DNA from: Hormiphora californensis
Taxonomy: Eukaryota; Animalia; Ctenophora
DNA length: 64,000 bases
Direction of reading: 5' to 3'
Assembly (NCBI GenBank): GCA_020137815.1
Contig: CM035351.1
Location: 5,580,001 to 5,644,000 of the forward strand
Made by a program: the position numbers and the translations under genes. How positions within the stretch are numbered: the stretch's first letter is position 1; each line of letters begins with the position of its first letter. Below are positions 56,772-64,000 of this stretch, in pieces. Below the pieces are notes generated by a model. It saw nothing but the letters and a program-made list of their open reading frames with translations. It made no database searches and was not told the DNA's origin.

Positions 56772-59700
56772 CAATAAGACTTCCTAAAGTTCCCAAAGAG
56801 GTAGGGATTTGGGAGCAGTGAGCCGTAAGTAATGAGTATCGAAAATCTAAATAATTGGAAAACTCGGTAATCGGTCGACCTGGTTGGCGGCACTAAGCGT
56901 ATCAGATCCCGTTCTGACTTTTCAGTTTGGGGCTGCGACAAACAATTTTATGTGCAAATTGCACAGTACAATACAGTGAATTGCGCAGGTTTCAGAAAGG
57001 CCATCCGGCAGCCGTAGAGGTTGTTTGGGCGAAATTAAAATATTGAAATGTACGAATATGTTTCACACCAGCTAGCATTAAGCATTTTAACTTGTAGACT
57101 CCTTGCTTTCAATTACAGCATTATTGGGTCTTGGGACCTTAACCTAGCCCCTGTGGGGTGGAAACTGAAACGATGTTTGTTTTTTTGTGTCACGATCGTT
57201 TTTTGGGCGCCGTTCCGATCTGGGTAGTGGGTGTTTCGTGACCTGTTAACAGGTGCACGCTTCCAAAAAAGTTGATTCACTAAAGTGGCTCTTACCGCCA
57301 AACCACTCAACTGTTTTGGCTTATCCAAAGTTTATCTGGTAGGGAATGTCAAGGCCTAACCCAAACCCTAACCCTACTTTAGCCCTGCCCCTAAAAACCG
57401 TTTGTCAGCACTCACGAAACATAAAACACCCAGATTTTAACGCTGGCCTCGTTTTTTCACAACTTTGCAACTTTAGATTCTCAAACGCGCGTGAACTCGA
57501 AAACCAGTACGCTCGGCGGTTTATTTGCGCGTGCTTAAACATCGCGCGAAAATTTATGTGCTTTCATCAATCCTTTGAGGTAAACAGAGTGCGCGCTCCG
57601 TACCGCTCCCTGGATCAGGTGGCTCATGAGGTTGAGCCGGCGGAGAGCTGTCATCGAACCCAAGAGAGAAACATGACACGTTTTTAATATACCAGAACTT
57701 CAAACATATAGATCACGATACAATGAAATGATTATAGAGACACGTGATACAAAATAGGCTAACAAAAAATTAGGATTATTATGAGTTTTTGCCAGGAGTA
57801 TTCCATACACATATTATGTCGATTTAGTAGGAGTAAAGAGTTTGTATACAAAATTAAATTGTCTCTCAACAAAATTTAAAAAAAGCGGTGTCGAAGAATC
57901 GATGGCAAATGGATCTACTTCGTGTCATGCAAAAACACTACTTTCAAACAACTATCTTTTATTCACACAAAAACACACAGCGTAAAACCGAAGAAGAAGG
58001 AGGGAAAGTGAAGAAAGGGAGTTGTCGGATAAGATCGTCGAAGAAGCTCATCTGCTTTTGCTCTTTCTCACTTTCTTTTCTCATTCCTCCCGTCGCTGCA
58101 CAGGAACTGTAGGCTGAAAATTGGACTGTTAGTACACGTTTTGTGTGTTCGCGTGTTCCCCTTTGAGACCCGGATGTTTGGAAAGAGCAGGAGGAGAGCT
58201 CGCAAGATGACCCCAAAGTCTAGCAATAACCTTTCATCGGACGCTCGAACTATAGAATAGGTGTCCCGGGGTTGGTTTTCACGTCTCGCTCTACTCTCAT
58301 TTCTTCTGTCTTCTCCGCTTCGAGCTCTCGCCCTTTTTTTACAGCCCTCTCTGCTGATCGCTCTTGGCTCCTCCTCTCTTTCCCTCTCCCCCTCCTCGGG
58401 GACCACAGAAGCGATTTAGAAAATAGGGACGGACCTTTTCCCGCGCCCAGCGTTCAAGAAGGCAACGAATACAAACCCCCGGGGAAATACTGGGACAGGA
58501 CAGAGCGGAGGCAGGACTGAACACAGTGGACAGAAAACTTTAAAGGGCCCACCACTTTTGGGCCACCGCACTTCAGGCTCCAAGAACAACAACATGCTCT
58601 TAAACCAGCCCCTAAATACTTAATTTCTTGATCACAAACGCTTCGATCGCAGGGTGCTACACGCGCCGTAGTGCTCCCCGGATACAGCACACATCATCTT
58701 GTAACAAGATACATTGTATAATAGGGGAGAGACTAGAGAGATACAGTTGAAAGAGATCGAGTTGTGACGTCACACCATGATACCATGTGCGTGACGTCAC
58801 GATTACAGCACCATGGAAACAGGAAGATGAAGTTAGGCATAGCTAAAGAGCTAGGATAAATGTGTGATCTTGATTGACAATGAGATATTGTCAAGATATT
58901 AGATCATCTGATCTACAAACCAGCCTGGTAAATTAATATGTTCAATGAGCTGCTCTTTTTGGATCAGGATGGTTTGATTCTGTCAATGTCTGGTTCTGTG
59001 TATTGAACAGGATTTCTGTAGAAGAGTCTTCACGCTAGAAGAGAGAACTAAACGGGAACGGACACAGTGTGATACACACACATATCAGATCATTCACTCG
59101 ACCTGCCTCTCTCAGTCTCGAGCTGTGTCCTCTCTCACTTAAGTCTCGAGCTGTGTCCTAACTTCATCTGACGTCACAGCTAGTATCATAAAGTTAGGCT
59201 TCTCCCACTAATCTGGTGTTTATTTGATCTCCATCACTACATATTCCATCACTCCCCCTTTTCCTCCAGTCATTCTTTACCAACTCCCTTCTTGTATTCT
59301 CCCTATCTCTCTATCTCTAACTATCTCCCTATCTTCATCTCTATCTCTATCTCCCTCTCTTCATCTCTATCCCTAACTCCCTCTCTTCTATCTCTCTTCT
59401 AACACCTGTCCAACACTAAACAAGGCTCTTCTTTTAAGCTGAATTAAAGAGGGAGGGAGGAAGAGATAAAGAGAGGCCGTACTCCCTTTGTTTAGCACTC
59501 TAAACATAATACAAACCGACTGACAAACACATAATATATGTGTGAGTCCCCTGTGAGTCTTGTAAAATTAACGTCCTGTCCAAGTCAGATAACCAATTAC
59601 AGCCCCTCCCAAAATGAACATGTTTATTGCAGATTGCCGTCTCTTCCCTTCGACTATTTATAGCATCGCAAGGATTCAATTCTCAAATTGACAAATTTGA

Positions 59701-59827
59701 ACATTAGACAAATTTCTAACAACAATTAACAAGGGACAAATTCATCTAATTCACGATCACGTAATGTTGTGGAACTCCATTGCAGAGTTGTCAGTTGTGG
59801 ATGAAACATAGAAACAAGATGGTTTAC

Positions 59828-59977
59828 CATGGATGGTTCGGTGGGGTAGGATGTTCGGTCTGTGAGGTATCCGCTTTTTGTTTTCAACTGCTCCTGCAGC
59901 CCCTGTACATTCGCATCTCCCGAACTCAGGTCCTGTGTTCCCAAATGGGACGTGTGCTGAAAGTATAAATGGGATCG

Positions 59978-60041
<64 letters not shown>

Positions 60042-60606
60042 AAATACAATTTGTATTGAAACATGTGTAAACTGTTGAACTAAAACTTCCTTGTTTTACT
60101 TGTAAATGGGATCGTTAGTTTTACGAACAGGGTATTTACATGTATGAGGCACTAGTAATGCGATATCTGCGTTAGACATAATCGTTTCCAAATTGTATCT
60201 AAATCTAAATATTTTGTACCTGTTCTTTTTAGTGAGTGTCATGTGTGTGTAATGTGTATGCGTGTAATGTTTGTTTTGGGTCACTGGGTGTCATGAGTAT
60301 TTTCCTTACTTTTTCTCTCTCTCTCTCACTACACACAAAATGAATGTATGCCATTCTCAACTTTCATCATTCACGTAAGAAAACAATTTATCTGACCCTA
60401 TGTGTATTTCAAAACCTTATGTCTAACTAATTTCATTCTCTCCAAAAATTTGCATAAAATCGACATTTTTCTGCTCATTCGTTGCGAATTGCAAAAAAGC
60501 ACACATATTTTCCTATTCTGCGTCGAGCGGTTCAACAGGAAGTGTCCAGTCTAATTGTGCACACTTGATCACGAACACACAAACGCACAATTATCATTAA
60601 GGAAAG

Positions 60607-60657
<51 letters not shown>

Positions 60658-60676
60658 GAGAGAGAGAGAGAGATAG

Positions 60677-60743
<67 letters not shown>

Positions 60744-60752
60744 TAGACAGAT

Positions 60753-60797
<45 letters not shown>

Positions 60798-62822
60798 GAG
60801 AGAAAGACAGGAAGAATGAACTATACAGGAAGAAAGAAAGATAGTCATATAGTTGCTAGTTATTGGTTGGAAGCCTTGTTGTGTACCGGGCCGATAAAAA
60901 TAAGGAAAACTCTCTCCACACACACGCCGACACATTTTATTACATTTAAACATGTGCTACGCACATATATATATATATTCGTGGTATGGCTATCAGACAG
61001 TGTAACCAGCCGCGTTGCGTGGTTTAACCCCAATTATTTAACTGCTACCATGGGAGAGAAAACGGAAGTACTACCAGATTAAAATGGAAGAATGAATGAA
61101 AATGGGGGATTTGTAGTGTGATTAAAAGAGGTGGGGATCAGGGATGGGAAGTTAGAAAGATAGGGGGACATGAAGGGAAAAAGATAGAGAGAGAAGGAAT
61201 TGGTGGTGTCGTGATGTGTGGTTGAGGGTTTGACCGCAGAGTGTTGTAACAATTACAATTCAGCACACTAAGAGAGATAGAGAGAGAGGGAGATAGAGAG
61301 AGGGGGAGATAGAGAGACGGAGATAGAGAGAGAGAAAGAGGTAGGGAGAGAGAAAAAGAGGGAAGAAGAGAGAGAATCTACCCGTGAGAAAAACAAGAAA
61401 TAAGAAAGAGAAACAGAAATGAAATAGAAACACACACACAGAGGTACACTCACTCTAAAATCAGTTGGGAGCCCAATTTCTATCTTGTTTATTCGTCTCT
61501 GAAAAAAGGGAGAAAATGTTATGTGTCGAGTTAGTCGGTGGCACACGTATGCTAACAAGAGGGGAAGAGAAAGTTATAAAAAAAGATAGTATGTTGCAAT
61601 ACCACGGTTCAGTATGTCACATAACATTCACACATGCAATACCAATGGGGAGGTGAGAGGGGGTGCTGTTCTTCTCTCTAACTCTGTTAAAGATTTCCTA
61701 ACTTTAGCCAACTCAATTCTCAACTCCCTATTATCCAGCTGCAGCTTTTTAACGGCCAGTTTCAGGTTCCCAACTTCATCAGCAAGAGTAACATCAGGAA
61801 GAGATACTGCTGTCATGGCTGGTAATGATAGAGGTGGTGGTACCCCATACTCCCCCTCCTCTATTTGTTCAGAACCAGTGCTAAATGTCCTCATAGCACT
61901 TGTCCTTCTCCTGGTTTCAGGGCCGCTGAGCCGTCGTTCCTCAGTCATTCGACAGTGCAATGCAATACAAAACAAAGAGAGGAGTAGAATAACACATTGC
62001 TGCAGTCTTGTATCTCTCCACCTCTCCCTCTCTATCTCTCTCCGCCTCTCTCCCTCTCTATCTCTCTCCACCTCTCTCCCTCTCTATCTCTCTCCACCTC
62101 TCTCCCTCTCTATCTCTCTCCACCTCTCTCCCTCTCTATCTCTCTCCACCTCTCTCCCTCTCTATCTCTCTCCACCTCTCCCTCTCTATCTCTCCATCTC
62201 CTTTATCAGCTTCCTACTGCACTTGTAATCCCATACCCTTCTCACACACAGTGATCACACACAAACAAGAGAGATAAATCATATACATGCACATATATAA
62301 TACAAAACCCTCAAAGTGCTTCCTAACACTATTTAATTGGGTAGAACTCGCTTCATCAGAATAGAATTAGAAAACAAAAAACAGAAATTATAGCCGAAAT
62401 ATGCGACTGTAGCCTTCTGTGTCCAAATATATATTAGAAAGTAATTACCTTGGTGGTAGTGGGTGTTTTCCTCTTGAAAAGTTTTAGATTCTTAAACCAA
62501 TATGTCATGTTAACACACACTAATTCTCTGACATAGCACCTTCTACACGCATACCCAGATAGATTGTTATACACAGACACTCATTTTCAATAGTTTTCAA
62601 GGTTACAAAAAGGGTTTCAGCGGAGAATTAGAAAGCAGAATTTAACGAAATATTGATATATAAAACAGATACAGCAGCAGGTAATGCAACAGAAATCAGA
62701 GCTAACAATTACAATTTACACATGTATCTCTACTAAACAGACAAACTTACAGGGGGCTCTGAAACTTGTATACAGGAACGAAAGAGCAGATTATAAAACG
62801 ATGAAAACTCGCTACGCATCAT
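59828..62822 (-). CDS. CDC42SE: CDC42 small effector (SPEC-like CRIB protein); 3' end uncertain
   Basis: Exons 62822-62751, 61498-61454 and 59956-59828 give MMRSEFSSFYNLLFRSCIQVSEPP-RRINKIEIGLPTDFR-HTSHLGTQDLSSGDANVQGLQEQLKTKSGY: CRIB motif plus the Q..K.GY tail typical of CDC42SE. Confidence 0.85.
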
Positions 62823-63503
62823 GAGAGATGGATCACCATTCCCTAGGGGGTACAGGGTCATAAGTCAATTGGTAAAAAGAATAAATCTGAAATAAGTGGG
62901 ACTTCAGGAGGCGAAAAACGGTTGAAAACTTAATGGAAGTACCCCATAAAGACAGTAAAATTGCCTTAACAAGTGCGAGATATATGCCAAAGTACATTAG
63001 GAATGTCTTTAGCATTCTAGCAATGTCTGGCGCGACAGGGAAGTGCCATTTCCTTCCTTGTCGTAAAAACTCGAAAAATCAAAAAGCGAGACTCAAGTTT
63101 TCAAACAGCCGGCGTGGCGGATCGAGATGGATTTCGGAACACTGATGCGCGCCGCTGCGCACCACCGTTGGCAGCGTGTACATATAATTCTTGCGTATTA
63201 CATCGGTACTGTTGAACTTCCGGTAGACATTGGAAGACCATCGTTTAAGAAAATAAATACCAAACACGTTAATTAAAAACAATTAGCCGTCGTAAAACAT
63301 CCGAGTCAATTAAAACCCAATTAAAATAGAAGACAGCTGCTTGAACAGTGTTCAGGGACAGTTCAGCGCGGCGCCCTTATCGTCCTTGACTGCTTACAAC
63401 CAGTACCTCTCCTTTCCCTGCGCGCATTTCTCCGCTAGTAGCGCAACTCTTCCCACTCTCCCAGTGTTCCCTTTCTGACTGACTGGTCAAGTACCCCCCA
63501 CAC

Positions 63504-63956
63504 TCAGTATGATAACTGTTTCACCTCCTCTAACGTCCTTTCCAAAACACTCCTTATCTGATCTCTCTCCCGTCCATCGGGAGTATCCAACATCTGTCTG
63601 TGTAACCGATTCAAACTGTAACTGTACAGTTTCTTCTGACAAGTTCTAATTGTGCCACCCACATGTACCACATTGCACACGCACCTCTCTCTTCCAACAA
63701 CAACCAGACTTGCCAGACACACCCGGGCATCTTTTTCAAAATCTGCAGGCACCCTAATAACCGCCATCCCTGTCAGAAGCGCCAGGTAAACAACCTTTAT
63801 TCGGTTTTGTGTCCGTCCTAAACCGACCTCCCCGAAATTCTCCTGGACAGCGTTGTAGATGGTTGATAGAAGGTGGGATGGGGTGAGGGAAGTGTGGACT
63901 GTACAGTCAGTGAAGTGCAGCTCCACTAAGAAGTATCGGTATTTTAAACGGACCAT
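63504..63956 (-). CDS. POP5: RNase P/MRP protein subunit POP5, intronless
   Basis: 150 aa; MVRLKYRYFLVEL, NFGEVG, VVHVGGTIRTCQK. Confidence 0.92.
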   Translation of the reverse strand: MVRLKYRYFLVELHFTDCTVHTSLTPSHLLSTIYNAVQENFGEVGLGRTQNRIKVVYLALLTGMAVIRVPADFEKDARVCLASLVVVGRERCVCNVVHVGGTIRTCQKKLYSYSLNRLHRQMLDTPDGRERDQIRSVLERTLEEVKQLSY

Positions 63957-64000
63957 CAGGATAGAGCTAGGAGTGGTGACTTATCATTGGGAGCTAAAGG

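Overview
Compact, intron-rich animal genomic DNA, most likely from a ctenophore. I recall the dispersed 109-bp element translating as [30 protein letters not shown] from Pleurobrachia gene models; this is recall, not a database result. Plus strand, left arm: a monoglyceride-lipase-like gene lacking the catalytic Ser, intronless PPOX, ILVBL/HACL2, a TGF-beta type II receptor-like gene with a degenerate kinase N-lobe, and tRNA-Arg(TCG). Minus strand: a >35-kb coiled-coil PACT-domain gene (pericentrin/AKAP9 family), a CDC42 small-effector gene with three candidate first exons, and POP5. Three small genes lie antisense in introns: an F5/8-type-C/fucolectin-like secreted protein, an ETS factor (probably nested), and a 69-aa neuropeptide-precursor-like gene with two PYILF peptides that is absent from the ORF track. 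Mobile DNA includes two L2-like LINEs, two R4/Dong-like retroelement 3' ends both inserted in (GA)n, and several MITEs, one a three-level nest. The strongest structural theme is that repetitive DNA sits on splice signals. In 3 of 4 copies the 109-bp MITE duplicates exactly the first 8 nt of an intron, and many minisatellite arrays multiply 5' splice sites, 3' splice sites or branch-point motifs up to about 50-fold. All exon structures were assembled by eye. Segments ~17100-17900 and ~34880-36800 look like low-quality sequence.
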